From Antechinus flavipes (lineage: Eukaryota), in NCBI RefSeq assembly GCF_016432865.1, contig NC_067400.1, positions 63,860,001 through 63,924,000 of the forward strand: 64,000 nt of DNA. Direction: 5' to 3'. Position 1 is the stretch's first letter; the number at the start of each line of letters is the position of its first letter. Below, piece by piece: positions 1 to 17,468 of this stretch. Below the pieces are notes generated by a model, which saw nothing but the letters and a program-made list of their open reading frames with translations, was not told the DNA's origin and did no database searches. Both the position numbers and the translations under genes were made by a program.

Positions 1-965
1 GAAGATTCCCTTGGGGACATGGAAATAATCCTCCCAATAGAGGGATTCTAGAGGCTTACACTCCATCCTCCCACCCTTAATCCCCAAAGATAAGTACAGC
101 TTTCTCCTATATCGGTTGAAACTGAGGTGTGATCTCTAGTTCTTGCCCTGTCCCCTTCCCTGCTCCCACGCTGTTTTAGGCTGTTCCCTTTCAAATTACC
201 CCAGTGATTCTACAGAGGGCTTATCAGGTCACTAGACAGTTGAAACCACACCCCCAAACATGACTAAACGGGGTATCAATGGGAAGCCTTAAGGGCAAAG
301 AGGCACCTAACCCTTCTCTGTTCATGGCAGGGTCCAGCCCCTCCCAGGATGGTACCATGTTAGTTCCTAATGACAGCACATAAACTATGTCTCCCTTCCC
401 AAATGATTTATGTCTTTGTTTGGCATTTTGTTCACAATCTGGTCTCAGCCCGTGTCTTCAGCTATTCTTCTTCATACAGCCCATGTTTTGGCCAAACCGG
501 ATTACTTAGTTAATCCTCAAATTATACCTTTTATCCCCCACTTCTGTACATTTATTCAAGCCATCCCCCCAAGCCTAGAATGTACTTCCTCCTCTTCTCC
601 ATCTTTGAGATTCCCTGTCTTCCTTCAAGGTTCAGGTTGGGTGCCTCCTTCCTTGTGAAACCCTCCCTGATGTACCGGAATTCACCGCCAGATATAAACA
701 CTGTTGTTCTTTTAATATGTCTAGAGTTCTTAATGGAAAATCTTCCCTTTGCCCCTTTCACCACTCATTACCTTGTATTCTGCTTACCTGTGTGTACATG
801 CTGTTCCCCCTCAGCAGAATGTAAGCTCTTTGAGGGCAGGGAACCATATTTTTCCCCCTTTGCTCTCCCAAGGCTGGTCATAGTGTCCCATGTATAGTCA
901 GCACTTAATAAATGTTGTTGAATTGAAGTCTTGTGCCTCTGGCTCACATCTAATTTTTGTTGTAG

Positions 966-2257
966 GAAGGTGAACAAGTGCTACCGTGGACGATCCTGCC
1001 CTATCATTGTGCACTGCAGGTAATGAGCTGTGTATGTGTGTGTGATTAAGTACCATCAGGACAAGAGTGGGAGTGGGTGTTCAGGTTATATTCCCAGGGC
1101 TGCTCCTTGTTGTCGCCCCCATCTCTATCCCATTGACCTGCTCTTGTCCTTTCACATTGGGGTGGGAAAAGTGAACAATAGAGATAATAGAAAATTAGAG
1201 AACTCTTTCTCTAAAAATAGAATTATTAATATCAGTGTTCCCTGAATTTCTTCAGTCTTAGAGGAAACCCCCACAATTTAATCCCTGATTTCCATACTTC
1301 ATTTTTTTTTTGCTCTTTCTTTCAAACTTTGGTCTCCTCGATCCTCAGATCTCTGTCATGAACACACATTTCCAACCCCAATCTGATTTTGTATATCCTT
1401 TTCCCTTTCAAACTGGACCTGAGCCCTTCCAACCCAATCTCCCAAACCTTTCATTTCAGTGATGGAGCAGGGAGGACTGGTACTTATATCCTCATTGACA
1501 TGGTGCTGAACCGGATGGCAAAAGGTGAGGACATTCCTTGCCCTTTCCCTCACCTCTGCCTTGTCTTCAGTTGCTCATCTGAGCCCCAAGCCTCCCTGGC
1601 TTTTATCTTTCTGCAAAATTCAGTTCTACAGCTGCCTCAAGGGATTAGGGAGGGACAAGTTGCCATACCCCGATATTCTTTCCCAATCTCCCTCTTGGAA
1701 GGCTTGTCATTGCCAGAGACCCTTCCTCCTCTGCGATCTCCTCCCATCTCCCCTAACTCCCTATGTCTCCCCCTCTGCCAGGAGTGAAGGAAATTGATAT
1801 TGCTGCTACCCTGGAGCATGTTCGAGATCAGCGGCCCGGACTCGTCCGCACCAAGGTAGCTCTCCTCCCCTTCATCCCTGGGCTCGTCCCATCTCTCAAC
1901 TTCCCCTCCTCTCTCCTTGGATCTTTTTTTAACCACATGCCCACTTGGCCCCAGTAACAGCTGGTGTAGCAGACATCCATGAAGCAATTTGCCCTGCCTC
2001 TCTGCATGTTTCTATCCTTTCATCCCAGCTATTCCCCAAATTAGGCAAGCCGTTCTTCCTGGTTTTCTGGGGTTTCTATCTCCTGGCCCTGGTTCCTAAC
2101 ACAATTCTTTTGCCCTCTCCATCTCTCTCCCTTTCTCTCTTCTGATCCTGATCCATTTAACACAATTCTCTGTCCCTTTCACCAGGACCAGTTTGAATTT
2201 GCACTGACAGCAGTAGCAGAGGAAGTAAATGCCATCCTGAAGGCTCTGCCTCAGTAA
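966..2257 (+). CDS. PTPRN: Receptor-type tyrosine-protein phosphatase-like N (IA-2), last four coding exons (5'-partial)
   Basis: Exons 966-1019, 1460-1524, 1782-1855 and 2186-2257, all with AG/GT ends and consistent phases. They translate to [87 protein letters not shown], the IA-2 C-terminus with the [10 protein letters not shown] pseudophosphatase motif. Confidence 0.97.
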
Positions 2258-2940
2258 ACAAACCCACTGTTTCTGCTTCCTGCCCCTCCTGTGGGCATGG
2301 TTCAATCCCTGTGCTCTTTAATGGTCTGTACAAGCATCTCTATCCTATGCCAGCATCCCCTGCTCTGTATCTCCTGTTCCACTTCCCAGAGCTGAATCTG
2401 AGCCCTCTCCAAAAAATGGAATGGGAGTCAGACTCTTCTCCTACACATCCCGATCTCGGGGATTTCCACATTCAGGAACCCCAGGTTCCACTAACGGGCA
2501 GTTGTCTGAAAGATAAGAGAAGGGGGGGGGGAAGGGAGAGCATAAATTTATACCTACAAGCTTCTTCCTTTCTTCTTCCACCTGGCCTTCCAGTTCCCAT
2601 CTCCCCAAGGACCCCAGGGCCAGGAGGGATTGCCTCTTATTGTACACCTTTAGTATGAGTAAAAATATTGGGGGTCAGGGAAGCTTCCAGCCTTGAACTC
2701 CACTCCTCCTATCTAACCATTCTCCCAGGCCTACTCTCATTTTCCTACCTTATAAAAACCTTACCTCAAGCCCAAACTCCCCCTGGGGAGGAGGATCCAG
2801 GCATCTGGCATCCTGCCCTTTCTGGACCATCCCTCCCCTATCTCCTCACCCCACCACCCCACCAAATGACTGTCTCTCAACTCCTTTTCCCTCCAGTGTT
2901 CATCAACCTTTCTAGAAAGATCTAATTTTGTATCAATGTG

Positions 2941-2946
2941 AATAAA
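2941..2946 (+). terminator. Probable PTPRN polyadenylation signal
   Basis: AATAAA about 680 nt after the stop codon, followed by a GT/T-rich tract (gtccatgttttgtctgtg). Confidence 0.7.
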
Positions 2947-3989
2947 GTCCATGTTTTGTCTGTGCAACTGCAATTTTGACTCCTGCTTATCTCTATCTGC
3001 CTGCCTTCCAAGGCCCCACCTCTGGTCTCTTGTCTGTTTCTCCCAGTTCTGGGTCTTGGTTAGCTGCCAGGTTTATCTTTCTCTTGTGAACAGAAATTAA
3101 TAGTTCTTTCTTGGGGTGCCAGTGGATCAATCTCCCCTCTCTACCTTCTGGACCACCTCAGTGATTTATGGTTCCAAATATCCCATCTCTCCACCACGGG
3201 AAGTCCTCCATCCATGAACCCCCACCCTAAATCAAAGTTTCATATATTTCTTAGCAGGAAGAGACCTTGAAGCTTGTGATGTTTTCATTTTATAAAATAT
3301 ACATAGATAGAAACTGAAGCACAAAAAGGGGAAATTTTCCCAGGGTTCCAGACAGCACCAGAGCTGGGTTTAAAACCAGAAACTGCCAGTTTTCCTTCAA
3401 CTATAACACACATGTGCAAGCAACAGCTTACTGGGCAGATTTACTTGTAGCTTCACTTGTAGTCCTGCAGCTATACATTCAGGTGCTGGTTTTGAGAAGC
3501 TTCAGACAGGGGCAAACATTGCAACTCACCCTTCCTCCTCAAGCCTGGCCAAGCAGATGGTGCTGAAGGAAGCACCGACCAGAGAGCAGTTAGGGTTCCT
3601 GGAGGGAATCCCCTAACAGTGCATCTCCCTACATCTGCAATGGCTCACATTAAAAATCTCAGATTTCCACCCAATATCATCCCCATTGTATAGATGGAGA
3701 AATCCGAACTCGGGTTAGCTGCCCTGTCCAGGGTCACACATCTAGTGAAGGGGAATTTGAGCCCAAGATTTGACCCTGCTGTCAGAAGCCCTGTACCCCA
3801 TTCATCACACCATGCTTCCTCACTCCATGTTCAGTGAGCAGATGGTGGTAGCCTGTGGATTTTCCACCCCCAAGCCTAGACCCAAGTCACAGCTGCGGAC
3901 GGGTACCCAGGAGGTACCGGAACCCAGTTTTCAGGGAGATTCCACAATTCGTTCATCAGACCGAACAGGGGAGGAGCTACTTTGAACCT

Positions 3990-4790
3990 CCCCCGCCGTC
4001 TTCACCCGGGCTGGCCAATGAAAGGAGGCTCCGAGGACAGCCCAAAGGGTCTCCAAATATCCTCAGTTTATTGATTTCCAGTGTTTCACTCATGAATGCG
4101 CTAAACACCTACTGGCCCAGCAGGCCGTCCCAAGCCGACATGGTGGAGCGCTCGTGCTTCCTCACCCCTACCTCCTCCCCTCCTCGGGGCTCCATAGGGA
4201 GAGGGGCCAGCTGCGTCCTCACGGAGGGAGGAGGGTCGCAGGCCGGAGGAGTCCGCGCAAGCGGCCACGTGCCCTTCGGCCCTCCTGCCGGCCCCATTCA
4301 GCTGTCCCCACACATCTCACCCTCGCAGCCGGTTGGAGCCAGCTCCGGTTTCCCATTCCGCGCCCCATTCCTAACTCCGCACCGCGCCCAGCAGAGACCC
4401 CTGCCCCACCCGGACCCTCCCCCGCCGCCGCCGCCTCCGCCTCCGCCTTCTCCTCCGCCTCCTCCGTCAGCTGGTCCTGCTGCCTCCGGGCACGGCGCTG
4501 GGCTGCGAGCCGCTTTGTTCTCCGGGCCCCTTCGCAGCACGGATGACTGGAGCCCCCCCTCCCGCTGCTGCGCCCCCACCCCACGCAGAGGGACTCCACG
4601 CCTCCTCCCCCCTCCGGCGGAGTCCGAAGGGGAGACAGAGCTGGAGGAGCTCAGCCCCCCGGCTCTCCCCCTCCCCAGCCCCCACCCCCTCTCCGCCTCC
4701 ACGACGCCAGATAGGATCCCTCTGAGTGGTCACAGGACGGGAGAGAGGCCGCCTGCGGCTGGTACTGGTGGAAACTGCATGTCCTAAGAT
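3990..4790. promoter_or_regulatory. Orphan CpG island between the PTPRN and DNAJB2 3' ends
   Basis: Very GC- and CpG-dense relative to its flanks. Contains CCAAT at 4015-4019, CACGTG at 4266-4271 and a GCC/CCT run at about 4420-4465. No recognisable coding exon. Confidence 0.65.
4067..4072 (-). terminator. Probable DNAJB2 polyadenylation signal
   Basis: tttatt on + (AATAAA on -). It is the first such hexamer I found by eye downstream of both DNAJB2 stop codons. Confidence 0.55.
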
Positions 4791-5073
4791 GCATTGCTCC
4801 CACACCACTTACAGTTTCACCCAGGCAATCTATGAAGGGGTACATAGCATTGTGGGACATGTAGTTTCCAAGGGCTCCCGAACACGGCCTCTTGGGAAGT
4901 CTACTACTACTAACCCACCGCCCACCTGCCCCTGAAGCACACCATCCAGGCCATGGCTCAGAGCTCAGCATGGATGGGGGAGAGGAATGGAGGGGAATCC
5001 CCCCACCCTGCACCCAGGGAAGGGCGACATCCTGAAGGAGTTTTGTGGCGGCTCTGGGTCCTGGACATCCAGT

Positions 5074-5084
5074 TCAGAATACAT
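5074..5084 (-). CDS. DNAJB2: Alternative terminal coding exon of the short DNAJB2 isoform (HSJ1a-like, ...DVF*)
   Basis: The minus strand reads cctgctctctccccag|AT GTA TTC TGA: a polypyrimidine tract and AG, then phase-1 (G)AT-GTA-TTC-TGA = D-V-F-stop. This matches the C-terminus I recall for human DNAJB2a. Confidence 0.8.
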
Positions 5085-6175
5085 CTGGGGAGAGAGCAGG
5101 GCAGAGGTGACAGGAAAGAAGGGTCAGCGCCAAGCAGCCTGGGGCAGAGCACAGCAGTCAAGCGGGGGCTCCCCTAGAACCTTGGGGTTGCGAGGAGGGG
5201 AGGGAATTCACAGTCCCCAGATGGGCCAAGTCTTGGGGGTCGTCCCTTACCCCGTACCATCCCCCTCTCTCCTGGTTCCCCCCCCCCCATTTTCCAACCA
5301 GTCCAAAAGCCCAACAGGGGATAGGAACAGCTCAAAAAAGAAGGAAAGGAGGGGAGCTGGGTCAGAGTGTCGGGGCTACTGAAGGAACTCCTTAGCCATC
5401 TTAGCCTACCTACCCTGGAGACCCTCGGCCCTTCCGGCTTCTTCCTCATTTAGCACCAAAGCCTTGTTGGGGAAGAGGGAAAGGGAAGGGTATCTTAGCC
5501 AGCCAGCCAGCAGGAAAGGGGGGAAGAGAGAGGTGTCTGAGGAAGGAAAAGCAGCAGGGACAGCTTCGAGGAATTGTAGGAGGGAAGCAACAGAGATAGT
5601 CAGATCTCATCACTGCCCCTCACCCATGTGGCAAAGGCAGACGCTCTAGAACTGTGTAAGAGGAACAAAGGTTGATACCCGTGTCACCCCTCACCACCAC
5701 TCTAGGATAAACTCTCCCAGACCACCCAAGGCAGGGTCCGGAGTAACTCCAGGCAGAGTCCTTCCCTACAGATCCCATCATATGATGGAATGAGTCCCAG
5801 GGACAGAATTCCATCTCTACAAAGCCACCCCATTCCACTGCCCTCAGGTTCGGCACCCACTAACCCCTGCTCAAGGGTAACCTCCTTCCTGATGAACCTT
5901 TCCCTGTCCAGTCACTAGGCCCGGGTCCCACCTGACCAAGCCTGACTGCTCTGGGCTGGACGTAAGCCAAAGAACCACATCTTGTAGCAGCAGCAGTAGC
6001 AAACCCCAAGGCCATAGCAGACTCAAGCCCGAGTTGGGGCTAATGGTTAAGAAGCATCGCCCAAGGGGTCATGGAGCTGAGGTGGAGCTTGGACAGTGTT
6101 AGGGCTATGGACCAAGCTCCGGCCGAAGAGGAGACCCTCCCAGGAAGCGGGCTTAAGGTGAGTGGGTCCTGGTCT

Positions 6176-10510
<4,335 letters not shown>

Positions 10511-10739
10511 AGCAGCCCGTCTGTCTATCTGTCCCTAATGAGGCTGCAGAAGAGGAATTTGTCAGTAAGAGACTAGAACTTCCCCAAGTGATGGAGAGGA
10601 ACATCCTCCTCCAGGGAAAACTCCTAAGCAGGCGGGCAGCTCAAGCCTCCCTCACTGGGTTTCAGGGCAAGGCATTCACATCAGCCTTCCTCTCCAAGGA
10701 GTTTTAATAGCCAGCCCCGATACGAGCCCGCCCTGGCTG

Positions 10740-11410
10740 CTGCCCATGTAGCAAACCCGGCTCAGGCCCGGCTAGCCCTATAGAGCTCCGTGCTCTCACT
10801 CCCAGCAGCCCCCTCCCCTTGGAAACAGAGCGGTCCCTCCTCCCCAGCCCAAGCTAACTCCAGCCCCCCGCCCAGGCCAGCCCTCCGGCGCGGCGGAGCC
10901 CCGCCCCCCGCCCCCCGCCCCCTGTCTGGGGAACTGCTAACACTGGCTGCCTTCGCTCCCGGCTCTGGCTCCCGAACTGCGTAGCTCGGCCCAGCGTTTG
11001 TTGAGTGAAGGGGCCCGAGCATGCGCCCGAGTCAGGGAAAATACTAGACTGAGAACCGCTGGCTCCGGGCCGGCTCGGAGAAGGGAGGTGGGGTCCAAGG
11101 GAAGAAGGGCGGGCGGCCGCGGCTGCTCCGAGATGGAGGCGGAGCCCAAGTTATTTTGGGCTCGTACCATGACGACACCGGCAACGGGACCGACAGGCCT
11201 AGGCAGAGACAGACACGCTCCAGGGATGACGCACTCTCTAAAACAGAAGCCCAGCCAGGCAAACAGGCTGGCACAAACAAGGTGCCAATCTCCCTCTGGT
11301 ATTCATTGCGTGCCATGGAGCAAGAGCCCTCCCCAGACGCCCGCCGCTCACACGTCGTTGGGCGTACAATCCGGGGACCCCCACAAACATAAAATCTAGG
11401 CATCCGGGCT
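10740..11410 (-). promoter_or_regulatory. DNAJB2 CpG-island promoter and non-coding first exon region
   Basis: CpG-rich block with GC boxes (ccccgccccc) 250-900 nt upstream of the ATG-bearing exon, whose acceptor is at 10544-10545. Confidence 0.75.
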
Positions 11411-11819
11411 CTAGAGCTGGAAAAAGGACCCCGGAGGCCATTTAATTCAACCTCCTGAAATAGATGAGGAGCGAACCCTCAGTGACTTGCAACCTGCAAA
11501 GCTGGGATTTGAACCCAGGTTCCCCGATTCAGGCAATAAACATTTATTAAAAATTTACCATTGCTAAGTCTCACAGCTTAGAAGAAATGGAATTTTGACC
11601 CAGATCTCCTGTTTCCAAAGCCAGCAGTCCCTCCCCCCCCACTCTAGATTTTATCTTATTTGCAGTTCTAAATTATCTCCCTCTCCCGCCCTCCCCCACT
11701 CATTGAGAAGGCAAGAAAAATAAAATCCATTACAAAGATGTACAGTCATACAAAACAAATTTCTGCATCAGCCATGGTCCATTGATTTCTTTCCACTATA
11801 CCAGTTCCTTCAATTCAAA

Positions 11820-11995
11820 CTGATTTTTAAAGAATATTTTATTTTTCCCTAGTTGAATGTAAAGATAATTTCTAACATTCATTTTTTTAATTTAAATTCC
11901 AAATTTTCCCTCTCTCCCTCCTTCCCTCACCTTCCCTTTCCCTAAGATAGTAAATAATTTGATATGTTATACATTTTCAAACATACAAAACATTC
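11820..11995 (-). mobile_element. L1 3' end fragment
   Basis: T-rich head followed by ...ttccaaattttccctctctccctcc...aatttgatatg, the reverse complement of a marsupial-type L1 3' UTR. Confidence 0.55.
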
Positions 11996-12399
11996 AAATG
12001 GATTTTAGAAGCATTTACGGAGTGTCAGGCATTGTGCTAAGTGTGGGGAATACCCAGATTTAAAACAACATCTAAATAACCTCCTCTCAAGTAGCTTAAT
12101 TTATCCTGACACTAGCAGATACTGGGAGGAGAGCTTCCCAAGGGAGATTAGAAGAGACCTTTACTAAAGTCCTTGTTTTCCCCTCAAATTTATGCTCCCA
12201 ACTCATAATCACCAGGTTTCACTTTTCAATGCAAGTACAGAGAATTTGATTTCACCCTCTGCTTACTTTCATCTATAGATGTCTTCAGTCAAATATTTCT
12301 ACATCTGCCCTGTGCCTACACTACACTGGAAACTGAGGAAGACAGAAGAATGTTAGATATGGTCTGGGTCCTCAAGGTCCTGTCCCCTAAGCTTAAATG

Positions 12400-14620
12400 T
12401 CTCTAAAGGATTGATCTCTTTTCCATTCTCTACACTTTCTTTTACTGATGTCATCAGATCCCTTGGGTTCAATTAGCATCTCTAGGAAAATGACTTTCAG
12501 ACCTACATATTCAGCAGTAATTTCTCCCTGGACTCTAGTTAGGCATCATAAATTATCTATTGGACATCTCCCTGTAGATGTCCCACAGTCATCTCAAAGT
12601 CAACATACCCTAAATGGAACTCATTATCTATCCCCATCCCCAACAACCTTTCTTGCCTTTGCTTAGGACATCTATCCCTTTCAGTCACCTGTATCATAGT
12701 CTTTCCTATCCCTAATCTCTCTATGCTCAATGAGTTGTGAAGGTCAGCAGTTCCAAACTCCCCCACCTCATTTTTTTATATCTCTTTCCTTCTTTATATT
12801 CACCATCACCTTAGTCTGGTCTTTTGGCTAGATTAGTGCAATAGTACAGAGAAAGCTAGACTACATCATGAATAGAGCACTGATCTTGATGTCAAGAAAT
12901 CCAAGTTCAAATCCACATTAAGACACTCACTAGCTGTGTGATCCTGGGCACGTCATTTAACTTCTGTCTTAGTTTCCTCATCTATAAAATGGGGATGTAA
13001 CAGCATATACCCTTCCAGAGTTGAAGTAAGGAAAATAGAAGTAATATTGGTAAAGTATGCCATACTGTTATAAATAACCTACTTATATTCCCTGATTCTG
13101 ATCACTGATCTTAACAATCTATCCTGCACACATCTGCCAAAATTATCTTTCCAAAATGTGGGATTGACCAGGTCAGTCCCCTGTGAGAATCTTCTGTGGC
13201 TCCCTAGTGCCTCTAGGATAAATTACAAGCTCTCATGCTTAGTAGGCAAGGCCCTTCATAGTCTGACTCCAGCCAACCTTTCCAACTTATTTCCAATTCC
13301 TCCTTTTCATGAGCTCTATGTTTGTTAAACTAGCCGATGTGGTTTTCCTCAAACTCAGAATTTCTATCCTTTTACAAGCAGTAACCTACCTCCCTGAATA
13401 ATTCACCCATATTTCTCAATTCTTCCAATCTTTGCCTTTCTTCAAAACTCAATTCAAGCTACACCTATAGCTGAATCAGTTGAACTCACTCTCCTCGGAT
13501 AATCTTGTATGGACTTAGATGTATCTCTCCAATAGAATGTAAGCTCTTTGAGGGCAGGAATGATTTTTATTTTGGCTTTTTATCCCCATGTTTGGCACAG
13601 CACTTAGCACTCTGCAGGCACTTATTGAATTGAAGTTTATACTCCAACTGTCAAGGTAAGGAGATAAGCACATAAAGCTATAGCTTTAAAAAAGTAATTG
13701 AGAAAGAATGGTTAGATTTTGTCTATCTTGGCTCCTCCACTTTTCTGAAACATTTAATCTTACCCACCCTCTCCTCCTGAACTTTCTATACTCCTTGGGC
13801 TTCTTCTCTCTCAATTTTTCTCCTACCTCCTTTCTCTGCTCCTTTCAATTTCTTTTATTGGTTTACCATCTTCTTCCTTCCCCCTAAGTGTGGGTGTCCC
13901 CCAAAGCTCTGTACTAGATTTGCTCTCGCTCCACTCTTTTTCTTGGTGATCTCATCCTGTTTCCATGGATTCAATTGTCACCTCTGTGCACATGACTCTA
14001 AAAATCTATGCATCCAGCCCAGCCCTAAGCACTTCTCTGAACACGCTAATCCTAAACCTCCAGCTGCTTGCAGTACATATCTGCCCTCATATCATACTGT
14101 CACCTCCAGCTCAACAGATCCCAGACCAAACAATTTCCTAAACCTCTCACCTTCTCCCTTTCTATTGTGGTATGCATAAGCATCTTTCTCGTCTCAGGGC
14201 CAAAATTTTGGCTTCATCATACACTTTCCCTTCATCCTCCCAGGCCACAGCCAATCACTTGCCAAGCCCTGTCAATTCTATCAACACAACATTTTTCACA
14301 TGCATTCTCCTCTCTCCACCCTCCACTGCTACCATTCTAGTCTGGGCCCTCATCACTTCTCACTTAGTCTATTTGAAAAGCCTTCTGCCTGTCACCACTC
14401 TAATGCTTTTTTCAGAGACTGCAAATAAAACCATGGTTATGAACAGATCTAACCATGTTACCCTCCTATCTAAACTCTACTCCACCTCCCTAAAAAAACC
14501 TTCCATGGACTCCTCACTGTTTCTGCATAGCGAAGGCTATGGTAAATAATCTAAAATCAATTGTCTCTCTTCCTCTCATTCACTACAGCCATCATCACCA
14601 ACATCAACAAATATTTATCA
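12400..14620. mobile_element. Cluster of degraded L2 and MIR relics
   Basis: L2-like pyrimidine-rich segments (gggttcaatt...ctcaaagtcaacata; catgactctaaaaatctatgcatccagccc), L2 3' ends (agaatgtaagctctttgagggcagg) and a MIR core (tagctgtgtgatcctgggca...tctataaaatgggg). Boundaries are approximate. Confidence 0.65.
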
Positions 14621-17269
14621 AACACGTACTATGTGCAGATTACTGGCTAAATATTGATATAAAATGAGGTTTGATACAGTATCTCTATCGAGACCTTGTA
14701 ATATCTAATTCGGGAAACAGGAATTCTCATAAAAGGTTAATAGGAATACTATACAAATAATCAATAGATGTCAAAATAAACTATCTAGATAATAAATAAT
14801 ATAATATAGGTCATTACGAAGTCTGACCCACTCTCACATGCTCTGACATGATCCATGAGCATGAGTCATGGAGCATATGTGAAGCTAAGCTGAGTTTCCC
14901 AGGCTGCTTCTGGCAGGCCACTTGTGCTCTGGCTTGGCACTGAAAGACTTTGTGTTTTGGAATGATTCAGCAATATCTTGTTGGTCCCTGTGATGGCAGA
15001 AGGAGGGGAAGTCATTGAGCAAAATAGAGTCACCTCAATGCTATTGATCTCTCTTCCATCTACTGAGTATGTAAGGACTCTGGGAGGCTCTCTCTTTGAC
15101 TTCTTGTGAGGGGTACATCTCTTTCTGATCCCCCACCTAGTTTTTGAATGCTCAAATGCTAGAAAGCCAGAGTATATATTTTTCTAAGTGAGCTTGAGGT
15201 CCTAGCTGCCCCTTCAACTTTATGTGTCTCTCTTTGAATATAGGTGATTAAACAGTGATCCTGAATGTTTTCAGCTTCAAAGGTTTCCTTGTGAATTCAA
15301 AAAGCCATGAGATTCTGAGTCTCTTGGTTAGAATTGATAACGGGAGTTTTCTGAAATTATACCATTCTCATGGAAGATTACCATGAATTAGAAGATGACC
15401 CCAATCCCTCATTTGGCTTACCAGAAGATGTGAAGCTTGACAGTTGTTCAGGCAGTGGAGAATGAGCAGAAATTCCTATTCATGATTAGGTTCTAAGTAT
15501 CAATTTCTGAGTCTACATTTCCTGACAAGTGAGATTATGGCTTTATTCCTCTTCCTGCCAGTGATCATCTTCTTCAAGAAGAGTGCTATTTATCTGTGTG
15601 ACCCTGAGCATGTCACTTAACTCTCCAAAAAAGAAGAAGTATTGTTGCAGAAAGATCTTTTTGCTGCTACTCAGCTTCACATGAGGGCTGCAGGATCACA
15701 AGCATCCATGTCAGGTACACGTGCTCAAGAAAAAAAACACTAGATAGAAGAGGCAGCCAGGGGTCTGAAGTTCAGACTCAGGTTCACTGATGTGAAAACA
15801 TCAGTGCTGAGGGTTAAGAGGAGGCCTTCTCCCACCTTCACAGACAATAACAAAGACAATTCCATACTAACTTTCTAGAATCAGGAAGGAAAAAAAAGAC
15901 TAAAAGTAGTCTCCTTTTACCATCTACTGAATGAATGATTCATTCTGGAACAGTGGCTAATGGTTTAAAAATAAACCCCACTCCCCTTACTCCCATCAGG
16001 GGATGAAGGAACCAGTAAGAAAACTGCTTCTTCATTTCAAAGCACAAATTCTTTAGTCCTGAGACAGAAGCTGAAAGGGGAACAAAGCCTGTGAATGCAT
16101 GCTATCCATAAGATGGCCCTTGCTACATACAGAACTGGAAATGTTGTTGTTCCATCATATCCAACTCTTTGTGAACTCAATTGGGATTTTCTTGGCAAAG
16201 ATATTAGCATGGGTTTGCCTTTTTTTCCTCCAGCTCATTTTACAGATGAGGAAACTGAGGCTAACAGGTTTAAGTGACTTGCCCAGAGTTATACATCTAA
16301 TACATGTCTGAAGCATAATTTGAACTCAGGTCTTCCTGATTTCAGGTCCTGCACTCTAATCACTGCACCATCTAGTTGCTTGAGGAATACAAAACAATAA
16401 GCAAAGAATTCAGAGAAATAAGGGAAGACTTCCACGAACTAATGCACAGTAAAACAAGCAGAACCAGGAAGACAATATGCACAAAGGTGACAACAATGTA
16501 AGTGAAAAAAAAAATACAATGAAACAATGTTTTGTAATTATCATGACCAAGTTTTACCAAAGAAAATAAACGAGAAAATCACAGAACCACAGGATTTTAA
16601 AGTTGAAAGGGATCTCAGCTGCCATTGACTCTGACCCATACCATGCATGAACATCCAGTACAATAATATAGTAGGTAAGTGATCATGCAGCCTTTACTTG
16701 AAGACATTTAATAATGTAGACTCAACCACATCCTGGAACAATTTATTCCACTTTTGGACAGCTGTAATTGTAGAGTTGTTTTGTTGTTTTTTCCCCCTCT
16801 GACATTAAATGTAAAATTGCCTTTTTGCAACTTCTACTTATGCCTTCTATGGTCCAAACAAAATAAATTTAATTCTTCTTACATGGGACAGTCAAATATT
16901 TTTATGTAACTGATGTTACATAAATTTTTAGAGTCTGCAAGGTGTTTTATATCCTATATAATATCTTATTTAATTAAATGTATACAACAAACCTGAGAGA
17001 TAGATTATATTACCCTTATTTTATAGATGAAAAAACTGAAGCTCAAAGAAGATTGCTATTATGTCCTCCCATAGGAAGTCTTTTCTTCTTCAAATTAAAC
17101 ATTCCTAGTTCTTTCAAACATCCATCATATGACAAGGGTTCAAGGCATTTCCTTGTGTTGGTTGTCTCCCTCTAAATGCTATCCTGCTTAAAATGTCCTC
17201 TGTGAGCTCTGGTACCCATGATGGAACCACCATACTCCAGATATGGTCAGCTGAGACAGAGTATGAGTC

Positions 17270-17468
17270 AAAGGTCATTAAACTTATTTTGTTTCATGGA
17301 CCCCTTTGGTCATCTGGTGAAACCTGCATATCCCTTCTCAAATAATATTTCTGCCCTACATTTGTAATTGAAGAAAAAGCTAAATTTTAGTTAAAGATTA
17401 AAGAAATTAAGATGTAATTTTCCCCCATCCAAGTAAAATGGAGCCCTTGAAATCCATGGTTAAGAATT
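17270..17468. mobile_element. Non-autonomous hAT/Charlie-like DNA transposon relic
   Basis: Degenerate inverted ends (aaaggtcattaaactt ... ggttaagaa) with internal catggacccctttgg...ctggtgaa. Subfamily not assigned. Confidence 0.45.

Noticed and set aside
1-965. miR-153-1, which I recall lying in the PTPRN intron before the KVNK exon
   Set aside because: No TTGCATAGTCACAAAAGTGA or matching hairpin arm was seen. It may lie upstream of the window, so no loss is claimed.
4528-4550. REST/NRSE-like site in the orphan CpG island
   Set aside because: Only a partial match (ttcgcagcacggatg) with several mismatches in the core.
3855-4787. 310-aa Pro-rich ORF and overlapping ORFs as a novel protein-coding gene
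   Set aside because: It starts at GTG, several frames are open because of GC content, and there is no recognisable domain or splice structure. Kept only as a CpG-island finding.
15345-15900. Coding-like stretch (MEDYHELEDDPNPSFGLPEDVKLDSCSGSGE*...) as a processed pseudogene
   Set aside because: Multiple stops, and I cannot identify a parent protein. A BLASTX search would decide.
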